DNA of 64,000 bases, taken from contig CAZSKP010000011.1 of NCBI GenBank assembly GCA_964607485.1, forward strand, positions 1 through 64,000, written 5' to 3'. The first letter of the stretch is position 1; each line of letters starts with the position of its first letter. The translations under genes were made by a program, and so were the position numbers. This document shows positions 53,798 to 63,493 of this stretch, piece after piece. Under the pieces are notes generated by a model that was not told the DNA's origin, ran no database searches, and saw nothing but the letters and a program-made list of their open reading frames with translations. This stretch comes from an uncultured bacterium (lineage in GTDB: Bacteria > Abyssobacteria > SURF-5).

Positions 53798-54595
53798 ATG
53801 GAAACGGTGAACAAGCCTCACGACAAGGTGGTTGAAAAATCGAATCATCCCGCGACGAGTCACACATTGGCGGACGATGGGACGCGCGAATCATTTCGTC
53901 AGACCGTCTTGACACCCGAGCAGGCGGCCAACATCAAGAGCTCGGTCGCAAGCGCAAGGCCGAGGCGCACGTTCAGGTTCCACATGAAGCTGGTCGAGTC
54001 GGACAAGTCCCGGCGTCAGATCGAGGGCTATGCCTCGACGCGCGACATCGACCGCACGGGCGAGATCGTCGAACCGGGCGCATTCGCGGACAGCCTCAAG
54101 TACTTCATGGCGAATCCGGTGCTTACCTACATGCACGACTGGAGCAACCCCATCGGCAAGGTGACCGACGTCCGTATCGACGATGTCGGCCTTTTCATCC
54201 GTGCCGAGATTTCCGAGACCGCGGAGAAAGTATGGAAGCTCATCGAAGAAGGCATCCTCCGCGCCTTCAGCATCGGCTACGAGGTCGTTGAGGAAAAGGT
54301 CTTCGCCGGAGTAAATCACATCTTGAAGCTCAGGCTCTATGAGGTCGCTGTCGTGAGCATACCCGCCAACCGGCGGGCGCTCTTTTCAGTGAGCAAGGCT
54401 CTCGAGACGGGAAACGACCTAGTGTATGAGCCTCTTGCCGACGTCACCCGTTCGGAGAAGCTCCAGCCAATACCGACCGGAGAGTATTCGTCGGTTTCCT
54501 CATTCTCCGAGACCGCGTTGAACGAAGCGCACGCCATCCTCAAGGAGGTGATGGAGAACTTGGGCGCCGATGGCGCCGCCAGCGGAAACTCCTGA
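53798..54595 (+). CDS. HK97-family prohead protease
   Basis: IEGYAST..IDR.GE, YMHD...PIGK, FSIGY, LYEVAVVSIPAN; AGGAGG RBS. Confidence 0.92.
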   Translation: METVNKPHDKVVEKSNHPATSHTLADDGTRESFRQTVLTPEQAANIKSSVASARPRRTFRFHMKLVESDKSRRQIEGYASTRDIDRTGEIVEPGAFADSLKYFMANPVLTYMHDWSNPIGKVTDVRIDDVGLFIRAEISETAEKVWKLIEEGILRAFSIGYEVVEEKVFAGVNHILKLRLYEVAVVSIPANRRALFSVSKALETGNDLVYEPLADVTRSEKLQPIPTGEYSSVSSFSETALNEAHAILKEVMENLGADGAASGNS

Positions 54596-54639
54596 CGGAA
54601 CAAACTTGTTGAAAGCTCGAATTGGACAGGGAGGAAACA

Positions 54640-55935
54640 ATGACAGACGTGAGAATGAAACCAGACAGAGAACTGCTTTCCCTCGTGCATGCCATCAAGG
54701 AAAAGGTGGACTCGGGCGCGCAGAGGGAACTCATCAGCTCGATGATACAGGATGCGCTCAAGCAGCAGAGACGCTCCTTCGGCGAGCGCATCTCGCGCAA
54801 GGGAGAGTACAGCCTGGATGCCGAGAGAGACCTGTTCGCGCGCCCGCGGCTTCCCGCCGAACTGCAGCGACGCTCCGATGACATCTACCTTGCCTCCAAA
54901 CTCCTTCGCCGCGACCCCCGCAGCCTGAAGATGTGGAGCGAGTTCGCGCGCGAGGCGTCGGCACTCCGCAAAGCGATGGACACCGCCACGTCCGAGGAAG
55001 GGCTTGAATGGATACCGACGGGATTCTCCGCCGAGCTCATCCAGAAGGTCAAGCTGGCTCTTAAGGTCGCCGCGCTTCATCAGCGAATCGCGATGCCGAC
55101 CAACCCGTTCAAGCTGCCCATCGACGGCGCCGACGCCACCGCCTATCTGTTCGGCGAATCGACCAGCGACACGGCCACCAAGATAACCGCCTCGACGCCC
55201 GGCACGAACAACGTCACTTTCGACGCTGTGAAGCTCGCCTGCCGCGTGCTCGCATCGACTGAGATGGAGGAAGACAGCGTCGTGGCCATCCTGCCGTTAT
55301 TGCGCGACAAGATCGTCCGCGCGCTGGCCGAGGCGCAAGAAAACGCGACCATAAACGGCGATACCGACGCCAACCACATGGACGGCGATGTCACATCCGC
55401 GACCGACGTCCGCAAAGCATGGGACGGTTACCGCAAGCTCGCCCTCAGCGCCGCCAAGGTGGACTGCAGCACGTTCGACAAGGCGAGCCTTCGCGCCATC
55501 CGCACCGCGATGGGCAAGTACGGCGTGAACCCGAACAACCTGGCGTGGGTCGCGGGCGTCAGCGTGTACAACAAGATGCTCGGCCTCGACGAGGTGATGA
55601 CGCTCGATAAGTACGGTCCGAACGCCACTATTCTCACGGGCGAGCTCGCGAAATTCGACGGCATTCCTGTCATAGTGAGCGAGTTTGTTCGCGAAGACCT
55701 CAACGCGAGCGGCGTGTACGACGGAATTACCACCGACGAGACCGTGCTGCCGCTGGTGTACCGGCCGGCGTTCCTGTACGGCGACCGCAGAAACATCACG
55801 CTGCGCGTGAGCCAGGAGTTGTACATGGAGACCGACCAGGACGTCGCGATTGCGACCCAGCGGCTGGATTTCCAGCCGGTGCAGGATGCGACCACCGAGA
55901 CGATAGTCGGTCTCGGATACAACATCGCATCGTAG
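54640..55935 (+). CDS. HK97-fold major capsid protein
   Basis: Helical N-terminal region, WIPTGFS, KLA....STEMEEDS, INGD, GIPVIVSEF; follows the protease. Confidence 0.9.
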   Translation: MTDVRMKPDRELLSLVHAIKEKVDSGAQRELISSMIQDALKQQRRSFGERISRKGEYSLDAERDLFARPRLPAELQRRSDDIYLASKLLRRDPRSLKMWSEFAREASALRKAMDTATSEEGLEWIPTGFSAELIQKVKLALKVAALHQRIAMPTNPFKLPIDGADATAYLFGESTSDTATKITASTPGTNNVTFDAVKLACRVLASTEMEEDSVVAILPLLRDKIVRALAEAQENATINGDTDANHMDGDVTSATDVRKAWDGYRKLALSAAKVDCSTFDKASLRAIRTAMGKYGVNPNNLAWVAGVSVYNKMLGLDEVMTLDKYGPNATILTGELAKFDGIPVIVSEFVREDLNASGVYDGITTDETVLPLVYRPAFLYGDRRNITLRVSQELYMETDQDVAIATQRLDFQPVQDATTETIVGLGYNIAS

Positions 55936-55945
55936 GAACCTGTCA

Positions 55946-55974
55946 GCGGGGGCGCGGGATGCCTGCGCCCCCGC
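55946..55974 (+). terminator. GC-rich hairpin after the capsid gene (attenuator or mRNA stabiliser)
   Basis: GCGGGGGCGCGGG-atg-CCTGCGCCCCCGC; no U tract. Confidence 0.5.
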
Positions 55975-56223
55975 AACCACCGCAGGCGTGAGTCCATTCG
56001 CAATCTGGTGCAAGGATGAAGCTGCAAACGACCTCTTACAGACGGCGGAGCAAACACGCGCCTTTGATATGCATGGAAATGGATAACTCAAACTAGGCCG
56101 ACGGCCCCACCCTCAAGGCACGCCTGCTCCGGGCGCGCAACAAGATAGCGCCACGAGGCAGAGAGAAAGACGCGCTGTCTTGAAGGAGCCGGACGCCGCC
56201 GGAGAGAGAAAGAGTGAACGCGC

Positions 56224-56781
56224 ATGGTTGACCTGACGACATTAGCAAAAGCGAAGGAGTATCTGGACATCGAATCCGACGACACCGAGTTCGATTCTCT
56301 TCTTGAAAGATTGATAACCGCATCGAGCCGTCAGATCGAAGCATACTGCAATAGAACGTTCGAGATACAGAGCTACTCCGAGGAGTACGACGGCAACGCG
56401 AGCGACATCCTGTTTCTCGACAACTCTCCCGTCATATCTGTCGCGACGCTTTCGATAGACGACGAAAGCATTCCAGCCGGGGATTTCAAGGTGTACGACG
56501 ATTACGTGAGGCTCGTCTCGCGGCTGTTCACTCCCGGAGAGCTCAATGTCTCCATCGAATACTCGGCCGGCTACTTCGACGCTCAAGCCGACTCGCCTCC
56601 CGCAGACATCGAGGACGCCTGCATACAACTCGTTGCGTTCAAATACAACCTGCGCGGAGCCGACGGCCTCTCGGAGAAACGCGTGAATCAGGTCACGGAC
56701 TCCTTCGCGGGAGTCGCCATATCGCTTTCGGTCGCGATCATCCTCGACAAGTACCGCCGGGCCAAACTGGGCGCAGTATAA
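56224..56781 (+). CDS. Head-tail connector / head completion protein (gp6-like)
   Basis: LTTLAKAKEYL, LITASS..IE.YCNR, EYSAGY, P.DIEDAC, LDKYRR. Confidence 0.85.
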   Translation: MVDLTTLAKAKEYLDIESDDTEFDSLLERLITASSRQIEAYCNRTFEIQSYSEEYDGNASDILFLDNSPVISVATLSIDDESIPAGDFKVYDDYVRLVSRLFTPGELNVSIEYSAGYFDAQADSPPADIEDACIQLVAFKYNLRGADGLSEKRVNQVTDSFAGVAISLSVAIILDKYRRAKLGAV

Positions 56782-56791
56782 CGACGGAGTC

Positions 56792-57172
56792 ATGCAGATG
56801 CCACACGTTCACTTGATATCGGGAACGAACTCGATGAGGCTCAGGGGCCTCGTGCATCCGAGCAAGGACGAGCTGGACCTCGGCCTTGCAACAGACGTGT
56901 CGGGAGGCGGCGAGGTCTATGTCAGCCAGAAGAGCGTGCCCTCTCTCACGCTTGTGCGTTCATTCGCCGGTGTACGAAACGAGGACTATGAATCTCTGAG
57001 GAGCTGGTACACGAACATATGCCAGGGCGCGCGCAATGCATTCATATTCATCGATGCCGACGGCTCGACATACACCGTCCGATGGACAAATAGTCCGCTG
57101 GACTGGCAGAGGGACGCGGAGAATCTATGGTCGGGGTCGATAACGCTACGCGTCGAAGATTTTGAACCCTAG
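56792..57172 (+). CDS. Small phage protein, possible distal-tail type
   Basis: L.SWY....G..NAFIFID.DG.TYTVRW...WSGSITL; sits just before the hub gene. Confidence 0.55.
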   Translation: MQMPHVHLISGTNSMRLRGLVHPSKDELDLGLATDVSGGGEVYVSQKSVPSLTLVRSFAGVRNEDYESLRSWYTNICQGARNAFIFIDADGSTYTVRWTNSPLDWQRDAENLWSGSITLRVEDFEP

Positions 57173-57196
57173 CGCTTCCAACAACGAGGAGAAGGA

Positions 57197-60100
57197 ATGA
57201 AGTCGCTCACAACCACAGCCGCAACGCAGTGCGCAAGCCGGTATAACGAGCCCGTCCTGCTGTTCGAGGTCGATTGGTCCGACACCGAAACGGGGCGCTA
57301 CGCCGATCGAACCGTGTCGGTCGAGGGAGTCGCATACACGGGCGTTGTCCTGCGGGTCGGTCCTATAGCGTGTTCCTTCGGTGAACCCGCGTCCGAGTTC
57401 CGCCCCGTCACGGTCACGCTCCTATTCGACGACGCGTTGCGCAGCAGGATTGCGGAGACGGTTCCGGAAGGAAAGTCCGCGCGCATAAAGCTCTTCTTCG
57501 TAGGCGGCACGGCCGCAGACGCGATCGAACTGTTCACCGGACACGTGGAGAAGCTGACCGCCGCGGGGCCGGACGCGGTCGAACTGACGCTCGCGGGATT
57601 CTTCAAGAGATACGACCGGATGCTGCCGGGCGACATCGTATCCTTGTCCGAATTTCCCAAGGCTCAGGCGGACGATGTCGGCAGGCCCATGCCGGTGGTG
57701 TTCGGCGACGTGCCCGAACTGCCGGCGCTGAAGGTGAAGACCGGTCGGAGCACCCGCCTGCGGGGCAGCATCTTGTCATCCGACACAACTATCGAAGCCG
57801 ACGAAACGGCCGGCTTCCCCGCTTCCGGCACCCTTCTGATCGAGGAGGAACAGGTCACCTACAGCGGCGTGAGCGAGAACGTCTTCACGGGCTGCACGCG
57901 GGGCGCGAACGACACCGAGGCGGTAGACCACTTGAACCGTCGCGAAGTGATCGAGTACATGACGGAACACATCTATCTCGTGGCGGGGCACGCGTGTAAG
58001 GCGGCGGACGACGTCAGGGTGGCCGGCGTGCCTGTGGAACAGGGCGCATGTGCGATCAACCGGAACAACACGGCGTTGGTTCCGGGCAAATCTCTCACGA
58101 CCATCACGTTCGTGAACCGTCCCAAGGTGCGCAGCTACTCGCGCGGGTCGCGTTTCTTGGAAGTCCAGTTCGACGAGACGGCGGCGGGCAACGAAGCGAT
58201 CAACCCCGATTATTGTTACGACGCCTCGCTTGAAGGATTTGCGACACTTGTCTCCAAAATCTCCGGAGCATCCAATAATGACACCCTTCGGATCAAGCAG
58301 ACAACCGATGTCTCGGGATACGAGACCAAGTACGGCGAGATTCTGAAGGCTTTCCTCATGGTTGAGCACTTCGAGAGCACGACCTTCACCGACGACTATC
58401 TGAGCGTGCAAATCGCAGGGCAGAGTTGCAACCTCGCGAAGCCGAGCGAGGAGGACACCGCCGGCGGTGAGGGTGAGGTGGACATCGACCACGGACACAC
58501 ACACTCGATCACGGGCGAACACAGTCACACGATGACCGTCAAGAAGGAAGCCGTTTTCACGAATAACATAGTCCAAACCGGCGGCTCCACGGGCGGCTGG
58601 GCAGAGCTGAACGACATCGCCGGGACCAACCTCAATCGCAGCGGCTTCACCACAAGCGCGGATACAGACAAGAGTCTGCAGTGTTTCGTTGCGGCCACAA
58701 CCTCAAAGGGAAGCGTTCAGAAAATCCAATTCTGCTGTCGGCGGGGCGAAACCAATATGGCGGGCTCATTCTACTTGCGATTCTACCGCAATGGCTCGCT
58801 GGAGAAGACGTACTATGTCAGCGGCACTTCCACTCCTCAGACTTTCAAGTCGGGCTGGGAAACGATCAGCGGATTGACCTGGGAGGACCTGGACAATGCG
58901 AACACCTATGTTCTGATAACGCCTGCCTCCGGAAATTCTCAGGTAATTCGGTTGTTCGGGGTATGGTACGAACTGGAATACCTGGAGCAGCCCGACACCT
59001 ATGAGGGCTCGGGCGTGAAGGATTCCGCCGACGTGAACGACCACTCGGGCACAAACGCCCATGTCATCAACGAAGAGCCGATAAGCTCGACCTCCGTTGT
59101 GGAAGGCATCGACATAACCGACCTCGTGGCCAAAGATTGGATCTGGTTTAACAACCGCGAGGTTTGGGTCGATTACAACATCGCCGGCTCCGACGACGGC
59201 GTCACAGGGTACGTTCTCCATGTCTTTTTCGAGGTCGAGTATGCGCCGTTCGAGGAGATAGTGAGCGATGAGGTCACGTGCAGGGTCGAAGGAATCGAAA
59301 CCAGCGGCAACGGCGATGGTGACCTAATCGAAAATCCAGCCGACGTCGTCAGGCACACAATGGTAAGCCTCCTCGGGTTCGACGAAGATGCACATATCGA
59401 CGCGGACTCGTTTGCGGCGACGCGAGAGAGTCTTGAGACTACCGGAGCACGTTTTGCGTTTGCGCTTTTCGACCAGGAGAAAGCTTCGGACCTCATCAGC
59501 ACGCTGTCAGAGCAGAGCCGAAGCCGGCTGAGCTTCGATTCGGGGAGATTTCGGCTGGTCTATCGGCCGGATTCACTCGGCGAACCCGCGCGTGTGATCT
59601 CACCGAGTTCCCTCCTTGCCGGTTCGCCGAGAGTTCAGCACATGGGACTCGAAAGTGTGTTCAACGAGGTTATCGGCTACCACTCCCGCGATTACTCGAA
59701 GCGCGGGAGCATTCCCGACAGATACTCCGATTTTTCGCTCGCCGAAAACGCGCAGAGCCAGGCCGCATATGGGATGCGGGAGTCGAGGCTCGAGCTTTTT
59801 GCCATCAGCGACGCCGAATACGTCCAGGAGCTTCTGGATTTTCTGGCTGCTCGTTATGCCGATCCGGTGCGCAGATATGTGTGGAAGTCGCTGTTGCGCG
59901 ATGTTGACCTCGAGAGGGGCGACATCGCCGAAATATGTGACTTGGAAATGAACCTCTTCAAGGTCAAGGGAGAAATTGTGGAATCGACGTTTCTCGGCGG
60001 CAGCGGCATCAACCGTGAGTTCGACACCATCGCTTTCGCAGCTGAGCTGGAACCATATGCCCTGTACTGGTCGGTTCCGGCTGGCGCGTTCATCCGGTTG

Positions 60101-60505
60101 ATCGAAGACACGTTCTTCTTCATAGTCCAGCGCGAGCTCGTGGCGCGCCTCACATCGGACGGGGTGTTCTACATCAAGGGTTTCGTGATAAGCGACCAGG
60201 CGTTTCCGGCGGCGACGGCGCATCCGCTCTCCTACGATTCCGACCGCGAGAGCATAGCCTTCGCGCTTTCGGACAATACGCGCGTCATGGAGCTCGACAA
60301 CGATGGCAACATTCTGCTCCCCTTGACCCAGGAGGGCGACCAGGAGCTGACGTTTTCGGGCTCGGCTGATGAGATCGATTCAGATGGCTCAACACTCTGG
60401 TTCAATGTTGGCTCCGAACGCGCGGCCGAAGTTACATCGGCAGGACTCCTGATGCTCCCGAAATACATCGTCGAAAATTGCTCATGGGAAGGCCTCTACG
60501 GATAA
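57197..60505 (+). CDS. Phage tail-tip/hub protein with fibre-like insert
   Basis: N-terminal P.LLFEV..RYAD, PVVFG, IENPAD, SQAAYG.RE, LERGD; HxH motifs. Confidence 0.7.
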   Translation: MKSLTTTAATQCASRYNEPVLLFEVDWSDTETGRYADRTVSVEGVAYTGVVLRVGPIACSFGEPASEFRPVTVTLLFDDALRSRIAETVPEGKSARIKLFFVGGTAADAIELFTGHVEKLTAAGPDAVELTLAGFFKRYDRMLPGDIVSLSEFPKAQADDVGRPMPVVFGDVPELPALKVKTGRSTRLRGSILSSDTTIEADETAGFPASGTLLIEEEQVTYSGVSENVFTGCTRGANDTEAVDHLNRREVIEYMTEHIYLVAGHACKAADDVRVAGVPVEQGACAINRNNTALVPGKSLTTITFVNRPKVRSYSRGSRFLEVQFDETAAGNEAINPDYCYDASLEGFATLVSKISGASNNDTLRIKQTTDVSGYETKYGEILKAFLMVEHFESTTFTDDYLSVQIAGQSCNLAKPSEEDTAGGEGEVDIDHGHTHSITGEHSHTMTVKKEAVFTNNIVQTGGSTGGWAELNDIAGTNLNRSGFTTSADTDKSLQCFVAATTSKGSVQKIQFCCRRGETNMAGSFYLRFYRNGSLEKTYYVSGTSTPQTFKSGWETISGLTWEDLDNANTYVLITPASGNSQVIRLFGVWYELEYLEQPDTYEGSGVKDSADVNDHSGTNAHVINEEPISSTSVVEGIDITDLVAKDWIWFNNREVWVDYNIAGSDDGVTGYVLHVFFEVEYAPFEEIVSDEVTCRVEGIETSGNGDGDLIENPADVVRHTMVSLLGFDEDAHIDADSFAATRESLETTGARFAFALFDQEKASDLISTLSEQSRSRLSFDSGRFRLVYRPDSLGEPARVISPSSLLAGSPRVQHMGLESVFNEVIGYHSRDYSKRGSIPDRYSDFSLAENAQSQAAYGMRESRLELFAISDAEYVQELLDFLAARYADPVRRYVWKSLLRDVDLERGDIAEICDLEMNLFKVKGEIVESTFLGGSGINREFDTIAFAAELEPYALYWSVPAGAFIRLIEDTFFFIVQRELVARLTSDGVFYIKGFVISDQAFPAATAHPLSYDSDRESIAFALSDNTRVMELDNDGNILLPLTQEGDQELTFSGSADEIDSDGSTLWFNVGSERAAEVTSAGLLMLPKYIVENCSWEGLYG

Positions 60506-60515
60506 GGGGGAAAAG

Positions 60516-62564
60516 GTGAAAAGGATAAAAGGGAAAAATGGAACTATTCGCGTTTCTGCATGGACGGCGCTCCTCGTCATCCTCTGTGTCCTCTGTGGCT
60601 CTTTGATTCTCTCGGGCACAACCGACCTCGCCAATATGGCCGCGATCGCAGCGGCTTACAACTTCTACGCCACAACCGATGTGAGCGCGGGCGACGTGGT
60701 CGTATGGGATTCCACCACCGCCTATGGCGTCAAAACGACTATCGTCGAGGGAGCGAATACGGTCGCGGGCGTCGCCACGGAAACGGTCAGTGCGGGCAAT
60801 GACTGCACGATCAGGCAAGACGGCGGCCGGGTGGCCGTCAATATCACGGGCACGGTCACGAAGGGTCAGTGGCTTATCACTTCGACTACGACGGGAAAAG
60901 CGAAGGGCGTGGACACCCTTCAGGCTGGGATATTCGCCCGGGCGATCGCTGATGCAGGCACGCCCGCCGCCGGGCAGGTCTATGCCAGCGTGGATATGGG
61001 CTACCTCGGCTACATCACGGGGGGTACGGGCGAGGCAAATACCGCTTCGAATCAGGGTGCGGGCGGCGTCGGCCCGTTCGACACAAAATCGGGCGTGGAC
61101 CTCCAGTTCCGCAACCTGAACGCCGGGAGCAGCAGGGTTTCGGTCACGCTCGATTCGGGCAACAAGGAAATCGATGTCGATGTCAACGAGGGAAACATCG
61201 CTCACAACAATCTCTCCGGCGCGGGCACGAATAGCCATGCGCAGATAGACTCCCACATCGCCGACGCCGGCAAGCATCGCGAGATAAACGATTCCGGCAC
61301 CGGCACGACCGACCTCTGGAGCGCCGACAAGATCAATGCGGAGCTCGCGGGCAAGAGCGACACCGGGCATTCCCACACCGAGAGCGACATCACCGACCTT
61401 GACCACGACGCGCAGAAGGTCAAGGGCAAGTCGTTCGACGATACGGGCCTGGCCGACGGAAAGATTTGGAAGTACGACTCAGCCTCTCAGACATGGAAGA
61501 TAGCAGACGATGCCGGCGCCGCCAGCGGCGAGGCCAACACCGCCTCAAACCTCGGAGCGGGCGTTGGCGTGTTTGAGCAGAAATCCGGCGTGGACCTCCA
61601 GTTCAACAGCCTCGTCGCCGGAAGCACAAAGCTGTCCATCTCCGAAGATGACCCCAACGACGAGATTGACATAGACGTCGTTGAGGGCAACATCGCTCAC
61701 CAGAACCTCTCGGGAGCGGGCACGAATACGCACGCGCAGATAGACACCCACATCGCCGACGCCGGGAAGCACCGCGAGATAAACGATTCCGGCACGGGGT
61801 CAACGGAACTCTGGAGCGCGAATAAAATAAGCACCGAGCTTGCGGGTAAGCTCGGCACAGTCGAAGAAGAGGACGGCAGCCCGTCAGACTCCGCCGTCAC
61901 AGTCATCAAGGTCCCCAACAATTCCCTCGACAACCCGAGCGCGGGGACGGTCAGCATCAATCCGTGGGATATCGCGGAAGGAGTTCGCTTCTACGATGAC
62001 TTCCTGGGCGGCAACAACGTCTATTGGACGACCTCTACTACCGGCACGGGCGCAGCCGTGGCGCTCGAAGCGGACACTCCAAACGGCGTCTGCTCCCTGG
62101 CCTCCGGCACAGACGCCGGGGCGAAGGCGTCCATTAAGCTCGGGGATGGCAAAAATAATCTGAGGGGCTCTCAGAACGCCGTCGTCGAATTCTACGCGAA
62201 GGCGGATAGTCTCACCGACAATAACGAGGTGGAGATGGGCGGATGGAATTCGACGGACGGAGACTATTTCTTCTTCTGGGCCTCGGCTACCACAAACAGC
62301 GGTAAATGGGTAGCCCTCACCGCCAACAATTCTTCCTATGAAACCACAAACATCGACAGCACAATAAACACATGGCGGCACTTCAAAATCGAGCTGACCT
62401 CTTCATCCGTGAAGTACTACATAGACGGGTCGCTCGTGGCGACGCATACGACCTATGTGCCCGATGCGGGAATGGACTTATTTTGTCAATCAAGCCAGAG
62501 CACAGGCGCGGGCACGAGTTACAAACTATACATCGACAGTGTTCTGTTCACTCAAGACAGATAG
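60516..62564 (+). CDS. Fibre-like protein: export leader, DUF2190-like domain, repeats, ConA/LamG-like tip
   Basis: Basic + hydrophobic N-terminus; AGDVV..GVA.E..AG; duplicated repeat; WRHFKIE....VKYYIDGSLV. Confidence 0.7.
   Translation: MKRIKGKNGTIRVSAWTALLVILCVLCGSLILSGTTDLANMAAIAAAYNFYATTDVSAGDVVVWDSTTAYGVKTTIVEGANTVAGVATETVSAGNDCTIRQDGGRVAVNITGTVTKGQWLITSTTTGKAKGVDTLQAGIFARAIADAGTPAAGQVYASVDMGYLGYITGGTGEANTASNQGAGGVGPFDTKSGVDLQFRNLNAGSSRVSVTLDSGNKEIDVDVNEGNIAHNNLSGAGTNSHAQIDSHIADAGKHREINDSGTGTTDLWSADKINAELAGKSDTGHSHTESDITDLDHDAQKVKGKSFDDTGLADGKIWKYDSASQTWKIADDAGAASGEANTASNLGAGVGVFEQKSGVDLQFNSLVAGSTKLSISEDDPNDEIDIDVVEGNIAHQNLSGAGTNTHAQIDTHIADAGKHREINDSGTGSTELWSANKISTELAGKLGTVEEEDGSPSDSAVTVIKVPNNSLDNPSAGTVSINPWDIAEGVRFYDDFLGGNNVYWTTSTTGTGAAVALEADTPNGVCSLASGTDAGAKASIKLGDGKNNLRGSQNAVVEFYAKADSLTDNNEVEMGGWNSTDGDYFFFWASATTNSGKWVALTANNSSYETTNIDSTINTWRHFKIELTSSSVKYYIDGSLVATHTTYVPDAGMDLFCQSSQSTGAGTSYKLYIDSVLFTQDR
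61029..61850 (+). repeat. Intragenic duplication: 61029-61355 and 61527-61850
   Basis: Both copies read GEANTASN...KSGVDLQF...EGNIAH.NLSGAGTN.HAQID.HIADAGKHREINDSGTG...LWSA.KI..ELAGK. Confidence 0.95.
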
Positions 62565-62576
62565 GAGGTATCAGCG

Positions 62577-63050
62577 ATGAAAAGGAGAATCCTTGCTATA
62601 GCGCTTGCTTTCAGCATGGCGGCAGTTGGCCCGGCATGGGCGGCCTTAGAAATATTGAGCGTCTCGAAGCCGGTTCCGAACGCGGAGTGTCAGACGGCGA
62701 CAGGTAAGGTGACCGCAGTAGGAATAGAGCTTCGGCTCTCAAAAGGCGCGGGCGATACCTACACTCTCACGATCCCCGCGTGGAATCCCGATACCCTCGA
62801 ACCATGGACAAAGGGGGAGCTGAACATCTATATCACCGCCCACTCCGTGCATTACGAAGAGGTGGCCGTCCCAGAACCCGAACCTGACCTCACACTGTTT
62901 GATGGCTACACCATGGACACACCCACGATGAAGGCTTTTGTGAAGCTGCTCATCAAGGAGATAAACATCCTCCGCGCAAGCCACGGCCTGCCTGACCGCA
63001 CATGGGAGCAGTTCATGACCGCCCTGCGCGTTGAACTCGAAGAGGAATGA
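62577..63050 (+). CDS. Hypothetical protein with Sec signal peptide
   Basis: GGAGGT RBS; MKRRILAIALAFSMAAVGPAWA-A. Confidence 0.75.
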   Translation: MKRRILAIALAFSMAAVGPAWAALEILSVSKPVPNAECQTATGKVTAVGIELRLSKGAGDTYTLTIPAWNPDTLEPWTKGELNIYITAHSVHYEEVAVPEPEPDLTLFDGYTMDTPTMKAFVKLLIKEINILRASHGLPDRTWEQFMTALRVELEEE

Positions 63051-63089
63051 GCAATACTACGAGTAAGGAAGGACAGGATTGAAGCGAAT

Positions 63090-63320
63090 ATGCCAAACGG
63101 CGACTGTCCAATAGGAGCGGCTCATGCACAACAGATACGTTTGCTCGAGGACAGCATCGAGCGCCACGACCGCTGTCTGTCGCAAAAGGCGGAGGCCGCG
63201 AGCCTCGAAAGGATAGAAGCCAAGGTGGACAAGATAAGCAACATGTTCTGGGCGTTGATCATGCTCATTGTCGCAAATCTCGTCGGGATCATCCTGATGC
63301 TCTTGAGAGCACGGCTATGA
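63090..63320 (+). CDS. Small coiled-coil + C-terminal TM protein (XhlA/holin-like)
   Basis: Heptad region then MFWALIMLIVANLVGIILMLL. Confidence 0.6.
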   Translation: MPNGDCPIGAAHAQQIRLLEDSIERHDRCLSQKAEAASLERIEAKVDKISNMFWALIMLIVANLVGIILMLLRARL

Positions 63321-63493
63321 AGGGCGAGAGATTCTACGACGTCATCAATCGATTGTGGTACAGGCTGCTCTGGTGCGAGGAGCTCGGCTGTTACGTGTGG
63401 ACTCTCGAGGAAGGGCAGCGTTCGCTCTTGATAAATACGGATTCCGAGAAGGAGGTGGGACACGATGGGATTCAACACGAAGAAGGCGGTTGA
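63317..63493 (+). CDS. 58-aa hypothetical protein (not in the ORF track)
   Basis: ATGA overlap with the previous stop; MKGERFYDVINRLWYRLLWCEELGCYVW... Confidence 0.45.
   Translation: MKGERFYDVINRLWYRLLWCEELGCYVWTLEEGQRSLLINTDSEKEVGHDGIQHEEGG

Noticed and set aside
54640-55935. Encapsulin interpretation of the capsid
   Set aside because: The N-terminal scaffold-like region, prohead protease, connector and tail-tip genes are virion features that known encapsulin operons lack
56016-56183. Possible small gene after the capsid with an in-frame TAG at 56094 (readthrough or pseudogene)
   Set aside because: No good RBS, no recognisable homology, too short to tell from chance
60580-60600. CCTCTGTGTCCTCTGTGG in the fibre leader as half of a dispersed palindromic repeat
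   Set aside because: No matching inverted arm nearby; kept only as a caveat on the leader
61029-61850. Diversity-generating retroelement template/variable repeat pair
   Set aside because: Both copies are in frame in one gene, differences are not confined to adenines, and no reverse transcriptase is visible
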